A stretch of DNA of 63,582 nt, counting the filler, from Octopus bimaculoides (lineage: Eukaryota), in NCBI RefSeq assembly GCF_001194135.2. It is 8 parts of 6 records of this genome, joined end to end, with 100 filler letters (N's around TTAATTAATTAA, not from the genome) between each part and the next. Parts side by side here need not be neighbours in the genome. Positions count along the whole stretch, not along the records: positions 36,721 to 47,599 come from NC_068983.1; positions 47,700 to 50,631 come from NW_026312924.1; positions 50,732 to 59,628 come from NC_068990.1; 5 more parts are not named here. One strand, written 5' to 3'. Below are positions 38,346 to 52,538 of the stretch, piece by piece (the first letter of the stretch is position 1; each line of letters begins with the position of its first letter). The position numbers and the translations under genes were made by a program. Below the pieces are notes generated by a model. The model was not told the DNA's origin, searched no databases, and worked only from the letters and a program-made list of their open reading frames with translations.

Positions 38346-38416
38346 AATGATGATGACGAAGGGTACAAAGGAATGGCAGGGGGAGGAAATAAGGGAAGTG
38401 ATGATGATGATGATTG

Positions 38417-38449
<33 letters not shown>

Positions 38450-38517
38450 CGATAACGACGACGATGATGATGATGCTGATGATGATGATGGCGATGGTGG
38501 TGATGACGACGACGACG

Positions 38518-38549
<32 letters not shown>

Positions 38550-38610
38550 GATGATGTTGATGATGATGATGGTGGTGGTGGTGGTTTTATGTGATAATAA
38601 TGATGGTAGA

Positions 38611-38653
<43 letters not shown>

Positions 38654-38725
38654 GTGGTGGGGGGGAGAACCATGACGATGATTACTGTGATGGTGATGAC
38701 TAGGCTTGAGGGAGGAGGAGGAGGA
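38346..38725. repeat. Long degenerate (GAT)/(GAC)/(GGT) tract
   Basis: Directly visible. It is the source of the poly-D and poly-M ORFs. Confidence 0.9.
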
Positions 38726-39328
38726 GGAGGAAGGGTATTGGTATGAGGTCAGTGATGAAACAGTGTGAAGCGAACCAAGACCTTACAGTTGAAGGAAGTT
38801 AAGAGCGGGGAGATCAAAGGTTTNNNNNNNNNNNNNNNNNNNNNNNNNNNNNNNNNNNNNNNNNNNNNNNNNNNNNNNNNNNNNNNNNNNNNNNNNNNNN
38901 NNNNNNNNNNNNNNNNNNNNNNNNNNNNNNNNNNNNNNNNNNNNNNNNNNNNNNNNNNNNNNNNNNNNNNNNNNNNNNNNNNNNNNNNNNNNNNNNNNNN
39001 NNNNNNNNNNNNNNNNNNNNNNNNNNNNNNNNNNNNNNNNNNNNNNNNNNNNNNNNNNNNNNNNNNNNNNNNNNNNNNNNNNNNNNNNNNNNNNNNNNNN
39101 NNNNNNNNNNNNNNNNNNNNNNNNNNNNNNNNNNNNNNNNNNNNNNNNNNNNNNNNNNNNNNNNNNNNNNNNNNNNNNNNNNNNNNNNNNNNNNNNNNNN
39201 NNNNNNNNNNNNNNNNNNNNNNNNNNNNNNNNNNNNNNNNNNNNNNNNNNNNNNNNNNNNNNNNNNNNNNNNNNNNNNNNNNNNNNNNNNNNNNNNNNNN
39301 NNNNNNNNNNNNNNNNNNNNNNNNNNNT

Positions 39329-39462
39329 GGTTTTGGGGTGCTGGAACGGATTAATTATATTTAAGTTAATTTCAATGGGGAAAACTGATGTGTCAAACGA
39401 GTAAATCGTAAGACGAAGTCGATCATGGAACAAATAAACTCGTACTGCGAGGCATCACTGTA
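39329..39462. mobile_element. Tigger/pogo-like DNA transposon terminus
   Basis: Ends ...CTCGTACTGCGAGGCATCACTG-TA, whose reverse complement TA-CAGTGATGCCTCGCAGTACGAG resembles Tigger-type TIRs with a TA target. Confidence 0.45.
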
Positions 39463-39607
39463 CCAAAATACACACATTCATGAATACAAAAGAAACAGAG
39501 AACCTCTTGAAGCCGAAAGACACAATCGAAAATGTCGATTATTTCACGTTTCTGTGTAAGATATCACACGTGATCAGCAGCTGGACCCAAAATTATCATA
39601 GTGGTAC

Positions 39608-40641
39608 TATTAGGTTGTTTCACATGAAATGTCGCATTTTTAATTATTGGTTATTTCAGTCATTTAAAAACTCAATTATGTATACCTTGCATTTAATCTT
39701 GACTCTTTTTCTTTCCCAACAATATTGGTATACAAAATTCGTACCCACAGACCTTATGAAAATGATAGCAACCAAACTATGTTGAGAGATTTTCTTGTAT
39801 GAACAAAATCCGGGAACTCCAAATATTTCGCACAACTGTTTTTGGTCACCTGTAAAAAATTGGAAAAGTCATGAAAACGGATAGGTTTGTTCCACATCAA
39901 CTGAACGAGATTAAAACAAAAACAGACGCCTTGAAGTGTGCTCCTTATTGCTTTCTCGACTGGAGAAAGACCATTTTTGTATCAGATCATTACTTGTGAT
40001 GAAAAATTGATACTTTTTGGCAAAAGCAGGAGAAAATGACGGTGATTAGATGCAGGAGAGTCACCTAAACACTACCTAAGCCCACCATTGCACCATAAAA
40101 AGTTTGTGGTCACTGTATGGTAGTCTGCGAAGGGTGTTATTCATTATTCATTTTTGCAACAAGGAAAAATGGTATCAGCAACATCGTATTGCCATGAAAT
40201 TGATTGTATGCATGAGAATTTGTAAGAAAGAAGCAACCCAGACTAGTGAATAGAGATGGTACAATTTTGCTCCACGACAATGCACGTCCTCACACTCCTC
40301 AAGCTACGGTCTAAAAGTTGCAAAGTCTGAATTAAGAGATTTTGCAACATCCTCCCTATTCCTGATATCTTTCCTACTGATCATCACTTATTTAAGTATT
40401 GTGATCTTTTCATAAGCAATAAAACATTCTTAAATAGAGAAAATTGAAGCATTCACACAGTTTATCACAGCAAAAGATGAATTTTTTTTTAAAGATGGAA
40501 TATATGACAGAGAGAGACGTTGGGTAAATGTCATAAATGAACATGGATCATATTTTGATTAAATAAATCAGTTCTCTAACACTTCTGAAACATTTTATTG
40601 CTACCTTTCAAATACGACATCTTATGTTAAACAACCTAATA
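39608..40641 (+). mobile_element. Mariner DNA transposon relic with both TIRs, internally deleted, non-functional transposase
   Basis: Left TA-TTAGGTTGTTTCACATGAAATGTCGCATTT; right (rc) TA-TTAGGTTGTTTAACATAAGATGTCGTATTT. Motifs FVPHQL, IITCDEK, LLHDNARPH and HPPYS..DIFPTD are present with stops and frameshifts. Confidence 0.92.
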
Positions 40642-41100
40642 TTTTCCTAGGGGTCACAACATTGTTGCTAAATCACTACACAATGCCATTCGGAAAAGAA
40701 TCTTCTTCGGGTAAATGTAGAGAATCCCCCTGTTATTGAATACATACACAAACAGCAAAACAAGGAACACTGGTGGAACATTCTCATCCAAACTAATATC
40801 GAGTGCAAACATTGGATATCGTTGTTAGCTGCCCTTCTGATATGAAAATGTCTTCGAAAATCAAAGACAAAGCGGATAACTACGTATAACTGCTTGGAAA
40901 ACCCTAGTTTCCATATTCTGATAATAAACTCACCTTTGTATTAATAATAATTGATGCAGTTATATTTGTTATGTGAATGCCTAAGCGACAGTGTAGGAAA
41001 GATAGGTTCTTTAGAAAAGGCAATCAAACAACTAACTCACTCATTACAAATACAATCTGTAAATGGAACACTAAAAATATGCTAAGCATATATAAACAGC

Positions 41101-41276
<176 letters not shown>

Positions 41277-43671
41277 AAGCGTAACCATTCACATCACAGA
41301 AGGATTTGCACCTTAGGGAGGTGATTCTTTCAAGTATAGTTATAAACCAAATTTAAATGTTTATACTGAATACATTTTATAAATAAATAATGAATTACAA
41401 GCCGTTGTATGCAATGTTTTCTGTTTGACTAAAATTACACACACAAGGAAAGAAACTACTAATAATAAATTCGAAGCTCAAAAGAAAATCAAGGAAAAAT
41501 CGAAATCTTAAAATGAGATTTACGAGGAAGATTCTGATGGAAGCCGTTGTAATTATTTTAGGCTTGGTTACACTACGTCTATAATTATTACAGGCATGGC
41601 TACTCATTATGAAAGGGATGTATATGTTAGTAAATCACAAAAGCTTAACAAATGTCAAATTTACTGAGCTAAAATGTGAATATGTGCATCATGTAATCAC
41701 TTTCCGACTAACATTATAGGAAGTAGAGTTTTTTTGGTTATCAGGAAAAATTGTGCGAGATTTATTGAGGTGAACAACCAATTTATACGCATAAATTATC
41801 GTTTACAGATAATTTATATACAAAGAATATTGGTAAAACGTTTGAATTAACAAATAAATTAAACCTTGGCATAATAAAGCAAATGTCATTTTCTCAGGAT
41901 TGAAGCAAACTTCGCTGTGTGATTAAGAAGTCCACTTGGTTCTAAGTTAATCTTAAGAATTATATCTCGTTATAATTTATAATAAGCTTATAATAAAATG
42001 CAATGAAATATAATAAGGCAAGTGAGGTGGGATAAACAACGGAGATGATTTTCCCCACGCAGAAACCGTAGTAGCTACGCAGAGGTTTGTAAGCTCTTCT
42101 AAATCCATTGCAGTGCACTAAACGCTTCCGTATCGTCAGTAGGTATCTCAGGGTCGCAAGCATTTCACCCTGTATGCTTCACCTGAGTGGGGCAGTGAGG
42201 ACTGGGCTAGTCTTCACCTAACGATGGATTCTACTTGCGGTCTGTTATCAGTTATATTCATCTTGAACTAATTTCAGCTGCCGTACATGTTTCCTTGATG
42301 GATTACTTTAGTTGTCTCGGTTCCGGACCCACCTTCTACAGGAGGCAGCACACCGAAGTAGATGGAAAGCTGTGGTAGCCGACTTCAATAGGGACTGAGG
42401 CCGTATGCTAGACCTTGACAATAATATCTCATAAGTTAAGAATTGCGTCTTAGTGAAAAAATACAAACTCCATTCCTCTCCACATAACTATATTAGATGA
42501 ACAGGAAACAGACATGGTTGTGTAGTTACGAACGAGTTGGTTCATGATTCAAATTCACTGTTGTGCACATTTCGTCAGGTATCATCAGTCATATTCTTGT
42601 GTGAATTAGAAGTTGGTGAGTGAAACATAGGAAACGGAAATTGTGCAGAATCTCATTGTCTTCCTGCCCGTCTTTTCAGTTTGTGTCCAAGCTTAACACT
42701 GCCATTGTACAAGTGTCTATCGGAATCATCTATGTTGCAAGTATAAGAAACTCTTCTATTGGTTCCTCTGTTGACTAGATTAGTGGAATTATCTCAGATC
42801 ACCATTCAGTTCGGCTATAGATACACGTGGTTTGCTGTATGGGTGACTTACTTCGTGCTTCCAACTGATTGGCTCTACACACGTGACCACACTTCCTTCG
42901 TCATAGGACTTTCAGTAGATGGATTGTCAAATGAATCCACCATAAAGGGACATTTCTACATCATTTATTATAGTGATAAACACTTGTCCTACACGAATAC
43001 CATTCTTTGAATCTCCGTGATTAGTACCTAGACACAGGCCGAAGAGAAATGACCAGTAATCACGTAAAACCGCAGGTTCTACATCAGGATGCCCCCCCCC
43101 GCCCACCAGAAAGATTCTGTGACAACAGATGGTGGTCCTTCACTCCCAGTAGTTTTACTGAGAGCCCTAATACCAACGCTAAGTTTATAGAGATGCAGTG
43201 ATATATATATTGCCTTCACCTTTACTCCCTTTTAGATCAATTCCTTAAATATCTCTACCACGCATGTAATTTTTCTAACATTTGACCCAAGTTTATTTCC
43301 TTTTTATGGCCAGCAATGCTGACGAAAGAATTGCACGTCCTACGTTTTGCTCCTCGAAGCAACACTTTCACTTTTAGGAGGTTTCATTTTATTTAACAAA
43401 ATATGTCTGCATGTTATAGCGGTTCTTATTGTTGTTAACGGCTTCGTTCAAATTCTTCAAATTAACATTTGTAACAGTAGAAATATCATTATACCTTGCA
43501 AGAACAATACATAAGTTTTGCAGCAAAGTTAAATTTGTTCTTTTAGATATTTACTTTTTCCGTTCCCTGCATGTGCTTTGAATGAAAGAAAAACAACAAC
43601 AACAATAGAATGTCCTCGAAGCGAGTCGAAGACACATCCCCTCACAACAATATTCAATAACGATGATGATG

Positions 43672-43673
<2 letters not shown>

Positions 43674-43745
<72 letters not shown>

Positions 43746-43749
43746 AATT

Positions 43750-43829
<80 letters not shown>

Positions 43830-43837
43830 CATTATTA

Positions 43838-43884
<47 letters not shown>
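43674..43884. repeat. Head-to-head (AAT)n/(ATT)n microsatellite
   Basis: About 25 AAT units switch to ATT units near 43748 and run into a gap. Confidence 0.9.
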
Positions 43885-44221
43885 NNNNNNNNNNNNNNNN
43901 NNNNNNNNNNNNNNNNNNNNNNNNNNNNNNNNNNNNNNNNNNNNNNNNNNNNNNNNNNNNNNNNNNNNNNNNNNNNNNNNNNNNNNNNNNNNNNNNNNNN
44001 NNNNNNNNNNNNNNNNNNNNNNNNNNNNNNNNNNNNNNNNNNNNNNNNNNNNNNNNNNNNNNNNNNNNNNNNNNNNNNNNNNNNNNNNNNNNNNNNNNNN
44101 NNNNNNNNNNNNNNNNNNNNNNNNNNNNNNNNNNNNNNNNNNNNNNNNNNNNNNNNNNNNNNNNNNNNNNNNNNNNNNNNNNNNNNNNNNNNNNNNNNNN
44201 NNNNNNNNNNNNNNNNNNNNN

Positions 44222-44489
44222 TCCTCTCAACACATGGCTATGATGCTCCCCCACTACTTCTGCTCATGATCAGAGATGCACATATCGTAAGCCACCAAGG
44301 GACATGCTCAACTGGTTAAGGTCAAACAACTGACAAGCATATCTGTGGTATTAAGCAGAATATTTGTTGTAGCCCATCTTTTATACCAAGACAAAACAAC
44401 GTACATGATAACACTTCCAATCAATTAAGATCAGAAGCCATGAGAGCCACTGCCTGGTACTGCATCCGGGCATTAAGCTGCATCCGGGC
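44222..44489. mobile_element. Non-coding dispersed repeat family X, flanked by (ATT)n
   Basis: Shares a 25-mer with 12721-12745 in the opposite orientation. Ends in a duplicated CTGCATCCGGGC next to (ATT)n. Confidence 0.55.
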
Positions 44490-44513
44490 TATTATTATTA
44501 TTATTATTATTAT

Positions 44514-45091
44514 CTCTTTATCACAGGTTTTGTTGGAGCTCTTGTAGTCTTGCATGCGTAGCGGGCTTTCTACCTGCAGCCTACGGAACCATGCTATCCC
44601 TTCTTTTCAGCTAATACTTTCCTGATTATTCTGGACGTGCCAAAGAGGCAAACATTTTGTAACAGTTCTACTGGGCACTCTGTTCCAATTCCCCTTATAT
44701 TCCTCTTGATGCATTTTGATACTGTTCTCAAGGACCCAACAATAATTGACACTATCTTCACCTTCTTCATTTTCCATAGCCAGCCGGTCTATTTCGTACT
44801 TCAGAGGGTTGTATCTATCTATCTTTTCGCCTTCCTTCTTGACTATTCGTGGGTCAAAGAGACATAAAACATCAACTGTATAACATATGTGGTGCACCTT
44901 GTCCACCACCACTAGGTCCGGTCTGTTATGCTCTAGCACCTGATCAGTTTGGATTGGGAAATCTCAAAGGATTTTGCTAGTCTCCGACTCAGCCACTCTG
45001 TGCATTTTGTGCTCATACCACATCTTGCCTCTCTCTAGCCTCCACTTTTCACACTGTTTCCAATGTAGCAATTTCGCTACCTGGTCGTGTC
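44514..45091 (-). mobile_element. 5'-truncated R4/Dong-like retrotransposon (second family) inserted in (TAA)n
   Basis: Minus strand: RHDQVAKLLHWKQCEKW...WYEHK...KIL*DFPIQTDQVLEHNRPDLVVVDK...YTVDV...EKIDRY...(frameshift)...GTSRIIRKVL. (TTA)n lies at both junctions. Confidence 0.9.
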
Positions 45092-45150
<59 letters not shown>

Positions 45151-45575
45151 GGTTCTCACTTCTGAAAAAGTAAGTTATTCTCAGCGACATTTCGCGTTCA
45201 CTAAAATTGTAATCTTATTTACTTTAATGTCATTAATTATAATCTTATTAGATCTTCATCTCATGAAATGTAATCTTCAGAGAGATTTGAAAACATATAT
45301 ACATGTATGTATGTATGTATGTATGTATGTATGTATGTATGTATGTAGGTATGTATGTATATGTGAGAGAGCGAGAGGAAGTGAAAGAGAGGAGAGAGAG
45401 AGTGGTGTGGGTACAATTTTTTTTTCCTAAACTTGAAGGATTTTAAGAAGGTAAGAAAATTAATGAATAAGGAATAGATATAGGTCGAAATGAGGAATTA
45501 ATGGGATTACATATAATTTGTATATATATGAGTTAAACTGATTCTCTCTATAACGCTTTCATTCCCCTATGTCTT

Positions 45576-45660
<85 letters not shown>

Positions 45661-46876
45661 NNNNNNNNNNNNNNNNNNNNNNNNNNNNNNNNNNNNNNNN
45701 NNNNNNNNNNNNNNNNNNNNNNNNNNNNNNNNNNNNNNNNNNNNNNNNNNNNNNNNNNNNNNNNNNNNNNNNNNNNNNNNNNNNNNNNNNNNNNNNNNNN
45801 NNNNNNNNNNNNNNNNNNNNNNNNNNNNNNNNNNNNNNNNNNNNNNNNNNNNNNNNNNNNNNNNNNNNNNNNNNNNNNNNNNNNNNNNNNNNNNNNNNNN
45901 NNNNNNNNNNNNNNNNNNNNNNNNNNNNNNNNNNNNNNNNNNNNNNNNNNNNNNNNNNNNNNNNNNNNNNNNNNNNNNNNNNNNNNNNNNNNNNNNNNNN
46001 NNNNNNNNNNNNNNNNNNNNNNATATATATATATATATACATAATATATACTATATACGCGTGAATGTATTTATAAACATAAGTAAATACACGCATGCAC
46101 ACACATACTAACATATATGTGCGAAGGAGCGAAGAGATGAAAGGGAAAGTGTCTGTTTTACTGTGGAATCGAATATTGCGTATTATATTTTGATTTGCTT
46201 GCTATACGTCACATATAAGAAGAGCCGTCGTAGCATCATTAACAGCCCCAAATACTGGACCTTAAGTGTCTATTTATTGACAGCAACTTCCCAGACTGCT
46301 CAGTGCGTACAATAGGATATGAAATATGAAGGACACTGCGTATAATAGGATATGAAATATGAAGCATTATTTCGGTCACGCTTTTGATTTCATCTTTGAA
46401 CGGTCGCCAAATATCCCCCCGATTCGTTGTTTTATAACACGTAATCATTAAGTTGTTCGTTTAAAGATGTCCGCTGTAATACGGTGTTATTTGGAAGCTG
46501 TCAATTTATAAAGGTTTTAATTATTGAATTGAATTATTCGAAGCTATTCTAATCAGAGTAGATTACAACATTTCCATATCCGAACTTTCTAGGTGAACTA
46601 ATAGGTAAAATAAAAAGAGAAATATTATGAAAATTAAACAAATTTACCTGACATGGCTGTTTGGTTAAGTAGGTCACTTGGCCACCATGAGGTTCGGTGA
46701 AGCTGGGTAGTAGCTTGAGCTAAATATTATTACAATATCCTCTGGGTGACCAATGCCTTGTCAGAGAGTTTGGTAGATGGATAATGTTGTGTGTGTGTTT
46801 GTGTGTGTATATATACATATAAATATATATATACATACATATGTATATATGTGTATGTATATATATATATATATAT

Positions 46877-47041
46877 AGGCGTAGGAGTGACTGTGCGGTA
46901 AGGAGAATGCTTCCCAATTGTATAGTTCCATGTTCAGTCCTACTGCGTGACACCTTGGGCAAGTGTCTTCTACTATGGTCTCAGGCTGACCAAAGCCTTT
47001 GTGAGTAGATTTGTAGATGGAAACTGGAACAAACCTGTCGT
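46877..47041 (+). mobile_element. tRNA-derived SINE family A
   Basis: GGCGTAGGAGTGACTGTGCGGTAAG...GTTCAGTCCTACTGCGTGACACCTTGGGCAAGTGTCTTCTACTATG. Confidence 0.8.
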
Positions 47042-47699
47042 GTGTGTGTGTGCGTGTGTGTGTGTTTGTGTGCGTGTGTGTATGTATGTGTGCATGTGTG
47101 TATGTGTGTGTGTGTGTTCATGTTTGTCCCTCGCTACCGTTTAAGAACTTAATATAAGAATTATACCCAATATTCTATGTCGGGAGATAAAAACATGAAA
47201 GAAAGCAGGTAACCAAACTATTCTTGCCCATTAGAGATTTACATGAATCTTCATACATATATATATAAATGCTTCACTGGGCCGTTCACGGTCAAAATAT
47301 GAAGATGAATAAATGTTTTTAAGGCAAAAGTTAATCTCTTTCCCTATTCATATGTAATTTATTAACATTTTTATGATTTTCTAAAATGACTACACTTTGC
47401 TCATACACTGTACTGATTCAAGCAAACTACAACACTCATACATACATACATACATACATACATACATACATACATACATACATACATACATACGTGCATA
47501 CATTCCAACGACGGAATTTTCAATCTTTGTTGGAAACCAGCTTCTTCCGCAGGAAGTTTTAAATAAAGACATGCATAACACACACACACACACACACACN
47601 NNNNNNNNNNNNNNNNNNNNNNNNNNNNNNNNNNNNNNNNNNNTTAATTAATTAANNNNNNNNNNNNNNNNNNNNNNNNNNNNNNNNNNNNNNNNNNNN

Positions 47700-50631
47700 A
47701 TACTTAAGATTAGATTAGTCCTTCAACATGGGTTAGCAACCATTATCTCAGCCTATAACCCTCAGCCCGGGCTACCTGACGGACAGAAAGACCAATTTTA
47801 TGACACCCTCTTGCAAACTACCTCGTCGTGGTGACTTCAATTGTCATGTTGGACAACATTGAGGGGGCTTCTATGGCGTACATGGAGGCTATGGTTTTGG
47901 TTCCCGCAATGAGGAGGGGACCAGACTGCTGGAGTTCTGTGATGCCAATGACATTATGGTCTGCAATACTAACTTCAGGAAAACTACCAGTCACCTAGGT
48001 ACCTACCGTTCTGGCAGACATACTAGTCAAATTGACTACATCCTTGCCAGAAAAAGGGAAAGATGGCTACTTATAAATGCCAGAACCTTCCCAGGCGAAG
48101 AATGTACCCCACAACATAGACTAGTAGTCAGTGACTTCAGGATCAGGGCTAAGTGGTTGCCGAGAAGACGACCAACTTGGAGGAGAAGGGTCTGGAAGCT
48201 CAAAGATCTTGTGAATGGACAGAAACTCAGAGATTTACTACTCGAAGCCTATTACGAAATAGAGGGGTATGTAGCTTCACGCAATGTAGAGGACAACTGG
48301 ACGTTTCTACGGGACAACCTGCTGAGGGCCACTGACCGAAAATAACGTGGTGGTGGAACAACGCTGTTGACAGGGCTATTAGACAAAAGAAACAGGCTTG
48401 GAAAGACTGGAAGAACGGTGGTAGCAGGGAATTGTATCAGACTGCTAGAAGGGAAGCTAGGCGACAAGTTTATTTAACCAGAGGGGAAGCAGATTAGAAA
48501 AAGTTTGCCAATGTTCTGCGCCGTGAGGAGCAAAGACTTGAGGTATTTCGTGTTGCAAGACAGTGTGTGAGAGAGAATCGTGATGTCGTCGGAGAGAAAT
48601 GTGTTCGCATGGATGATGGTATGCTTGCACTAAACGAGGCTGGAAAGACAGAGGTATGGAGATGCCACTATGAAAGGTTGCTCAATAAAGCAAACGAATG
48701 GGACAAAGAGAGTCTGCCGAATGTCGACCCAACACAGGGACCAGCGATTCGAGTTGACAGTACCATGGTAGATAAAGCTATTAAGAGTATGCAGACAGGG
48801 AAAGCCCCTGGCACTTCAGGAATCACTGCAGAGATGCTCAAAATATCTGGCAGTGTTGGCTATAGCCTAGTCACCCGTATTGTTAACCAGGTGATACATG
48901 AAGGAGTCATACCCAATGACTGGTGTAGCAGCACCATAGTCAACTGCTACAAAGGTAAAGGTGACGCTTTGGATACAAATAATTACAGAGGTATCAAGTT
49001 GTTAGATCAGGTAATGAAAGTCATGGAAAGGGTCATAGCCCAACTGATTAGGGAGAGAGTCAGTTTAGATGAGATGCAGTTTGGGTTTGTACCAGGGAAA
49101 AGCACCACTGATGCTATATTTCTGGTAAGGCAGCTGCAGGAGAAATACCTAGNNNNNNNNNNNNNNNNNNNNNNNNNNNNNNNNNNNNNNNNNNNNNNNN
49201 NNNNNNNNNNNNNNNNNNNNNNNNNNNNNNNNNNNNNNNNNNNNNNNNNNNNNNNNNNNNNNNNNNNNNNNNNNNNNNNNNNNNNNNNNNNNNNNNNNNN
49301 NNNNNNNNNNNNNNNNNNNNNNNNNNNNNNNNNNNNNNNNNNNNNNNNNNNNNNNNNNNNNNNNNNNNNNNNNNNNNNNNNNNNNNNNNNNNNNNNNNNN
49401 NNNNNNNNNNNNNNNNNNNNNNNNNNNNNNNNNNNNNNNNNNNNNNNNNNNNNNNNNNNNNNNNNNNNNNNNNNNNNNNNNNNNNNNNNNNNNNNNNNNN
49501 NNNNNNNNNNNNNNNNNNNNNNNNNNNNNNNNNNNNNNNNNNNNNNNNNNNNNNNNNNNNNNNNNNNNNNNNNNNNNNNNNNNNNNNNNNNNNNNNNNNN
49601 NNNNNNNNNNNNNNNNNNNNNNNNNNNNNNNNNNNNNNNNNNNNNNNNNNNNNNNNNNNNNNNNNNNNNNNNNNNNNNNNNNNNNNNNNNNNNNNNNNNN
49701 NNNNNNNNNNNNNNNNNNNNNNNNNNNNNNNNNNNNNNNNNNNNNNNNNNNNNNNNNNNNNNNNNNNNNNNNNNNNNNNNNNNNNNNNNNNNNNNNNNNN
49801 NNNNNNNNNNNNNNNNNNNNNNNNNNNNNNNNNNNNNNNNNNNNNNNNNNNNNNNNNNNNNNNNNNNNNNNNNNNNNNNNNNNNNNNNNNNNNNNNNNNN
49901 NNNNNNNNNNNNNNNNNNNNNNNNNNNNNNNNNNNNNNNNNNNNNNNNNNNNNNNNNNNNNNNNNNNNNNNNNNNNNNNNNNNNNNNNNNNNNNNNNNNN
50001 NNNNNNNNNNNNNNNNNNNNNNNNNNNNNNNNNNNNNCAGTGCAAGCTATGGACACATAAGAGGTGCAGCAATATCAAAGGCAGGTTAACTAGGAAGTTA
50101 GTTTTTGTATGTGGCAGATGTTCAGGAGCTATAAACACTGTAAATGTACAGAATACAACTTCTGCCACATTCCAGGGAAAAAAACTAGACGTAGTTGATA
50201 GCTTCCGCTATCTAGGTGACCAAGGTAGTAGTGGGGGAGGGTGTGCTGAAAGTGTAGCTGCTAGAATAAGAATAGCCTGGGCAAAGTTCAGAGAGCTCTT
50301 ACCTCTGCTGGTGACAAGGGGCCTCTCACTCAGAGTAAAAGGCAGACTGTATGATGCATGTGTACAAACAGCCATGCTTCATGGCAGTGAAACATGGGCT
50401 GTGACTGCCGATGACATGCGTAGGCTTGCAAAGAATAAAGCCAGTATGCTCCGATAGATGTGTAATGTCAGTGTGCATACTAGACAGAGTATTAGTACCT
50501 TGAGAGAAAAGTTGAACTTACGAAACATCAGTTGTAGTGTGCAAGAGAGACGACTGCGCTGGTATGGTCATATAGCGAGATTGGATGAGGATAGATGTGT
50601 GAAAAAGTGCCACACCCTAGCAGTTGAGGGA
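47700..50631 (+). mobile_element. RTE-clade LINE ORF2 (AP endonuclease + RT + PHD-like finger), pseudogenised and gapped
   Basis: APE motifs IISAY.PQ, GDFN.HVG, SQIDYIL and QHRLVVSDF; RT motifs NYRGIKLL, QFGFVPGKSTTDAIF and VDSFRYLGD; C-terminal LHGSETW and RRLRWYGHIAR. Several stops and frameshifts; 886-nt gap inside the RT. Confidence 0.95.
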
Positions 50632-50792
50632 NNNNNNNNNNNNNNNNNNNNNNNNNNNNNNNNNNNNNNNNNNNNTTAATTAATTAANNNNNNNNNNNNN
50701 NNNNNNNNNNNNNNNNNNNNNNNNNNNNNNNTGCTCGACTAAAGGCAGTGCTCCAACATGGCCACAGTCAAATGACTGAAACAAGTAAAAGG

Positions 50793-50838
<46 letters not shown>

Positions 50839-51279
50839 ATGTATAATGTATGATGTATATATTATATATGTGCGTGTGTATGTATAATGTGTGATGTATG
50901 TAATATATATAAATATATGTATGTATGTATCTATGTATGATTTTTATACATATTTATGTATTGTTATATATTACATATCGTATTTGTACATATATGCATA
51001 TGTGTGTATATACATATGTATTTGCTGCCAGCAGAAGTTGTAGGTCCCTGAACTTTTTCCAAGCCATACCTATTCTCACCACTATATTTTTGGAACACCT
51101 GCGCCACTGCTAATTATGTCACCTAGGTAACATAAGCTATCAATTGCCTCTAAGGAGCCATGAATACATGGATATATTTACATAGTGATACTTGCATATG
51201 CATGCATGTGTACACCCACACACATACACATATATGTATATATATATATCTATATATCTATATATATATACATATATAC

Positions 51280-51313
<34 letters not shown>

Positions 51314-51859
51314 TAATAAATAAATATTAAACACTATCTCTCTATTTTCCTCTCTTAATTTAATATGGATTATATACTTAATTATACCTATTGATTCGGG
51401 GAAATTTTATTTCCCAGAGACATAAGGTATAGAACCAATATTTTCTTGGATGTAATCATCCCTTCAAGGGTATAATGTATCCTCTAATTAACCTAAATAT
51501 ATACAGGAGCACAGGTAAATTTATGCATGCTTGCAAGCTTTGTAGAATTCCTGGAATGTTGGAGAGTTGTCTTTGATTATTATTCTGGCTTTTTGCCTGA
51601 TAAGCTCTAGTCCTGTCATGGTCAACTTTGTTTTTCATCCATCTGGATTTGACGGATGAAGTGCTAATCATGTAGCATAGCCTATGTCATTGAGTACTCC
51701 CTCTCTCTCTTTGACTTTCAAGTGTTGTAACTGTGTTGGGAATGCTTTTTGTANNNNNNNNNNTTTCTGTCTTTATGCTTTGCTCTCTTCACGTTCCTTG
51801 CATGGCTCTTCTATATATATATATACACACATATACACACTATATATATATATACACAC

Positions 51860-51890
<31 letters not shown>

Positions 51891-51987
51891 TCATTACTGA
51901 ATATTGCTTATATGTCTGTGTATATGCATATTCTACATGTATGTGTGTGCATTTGCACATTTGTATGTATGTATCTGTAAATCTATC

Positions 51988-52025
<38 letters not shown>

Positions 52026-52180
52026 CATAAATATAAGGGATTAGCAATTGAGTTGCTTCTCCAACATACTGAAAATTCAGAAACAGCAAAATACTTGGCA
52101 AAATTGTTAATTGTTAATTCTATTATTAATTGACGATTCCCTGCCCTCATTTCTTGTATATATATATATATATATATATG

Positions 52181-52492
52181 CAGCGTGGCACTCAGTCAGT
52201 TACAGTGACAAGAGTTCCAGTCGATCCGGTCAAAGGAACAGCCGGTTCATGAAATTAACATGCAAGTGGCTGAGCACTCCACAGACACGTGTACCCTTAA
52301 CGTCATTCTCAGGGAGATTCAGCGTGACACAGAGTGTGACAAGGCTTGTCAACTGATGCTGGTGTGTTTACGTCCCTGTAACATAGCGGTTCAGCAAAAG
52401 GGCTTGCAAAGAATAAGTCTTGAGGTCAATTTGCTCGACTAAAGGCAGTGCTCCAACATGGCCACAGTCAAATGACTGAAACAAGTAAAAGG
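52181..52492. mobile_element. Composite SINE: family B (minus) joined to family D tail (plus)
   Basis: 52181-52345 is the reverse complement of the 56300-56470 region. 52345-52492 is the ...GACTGAAACAAGTAAAAG tail. Confidence 0.65.

Positions 52493-52538
<46 letters not shown>

Noticed and set aside
46301-46364. 33-bp tandem duplication (and a 17-bp one at 6375-6408)
   Set aside because: These are ordinary slippage duplications with only two units and no spacers, so not CRISPR-like.
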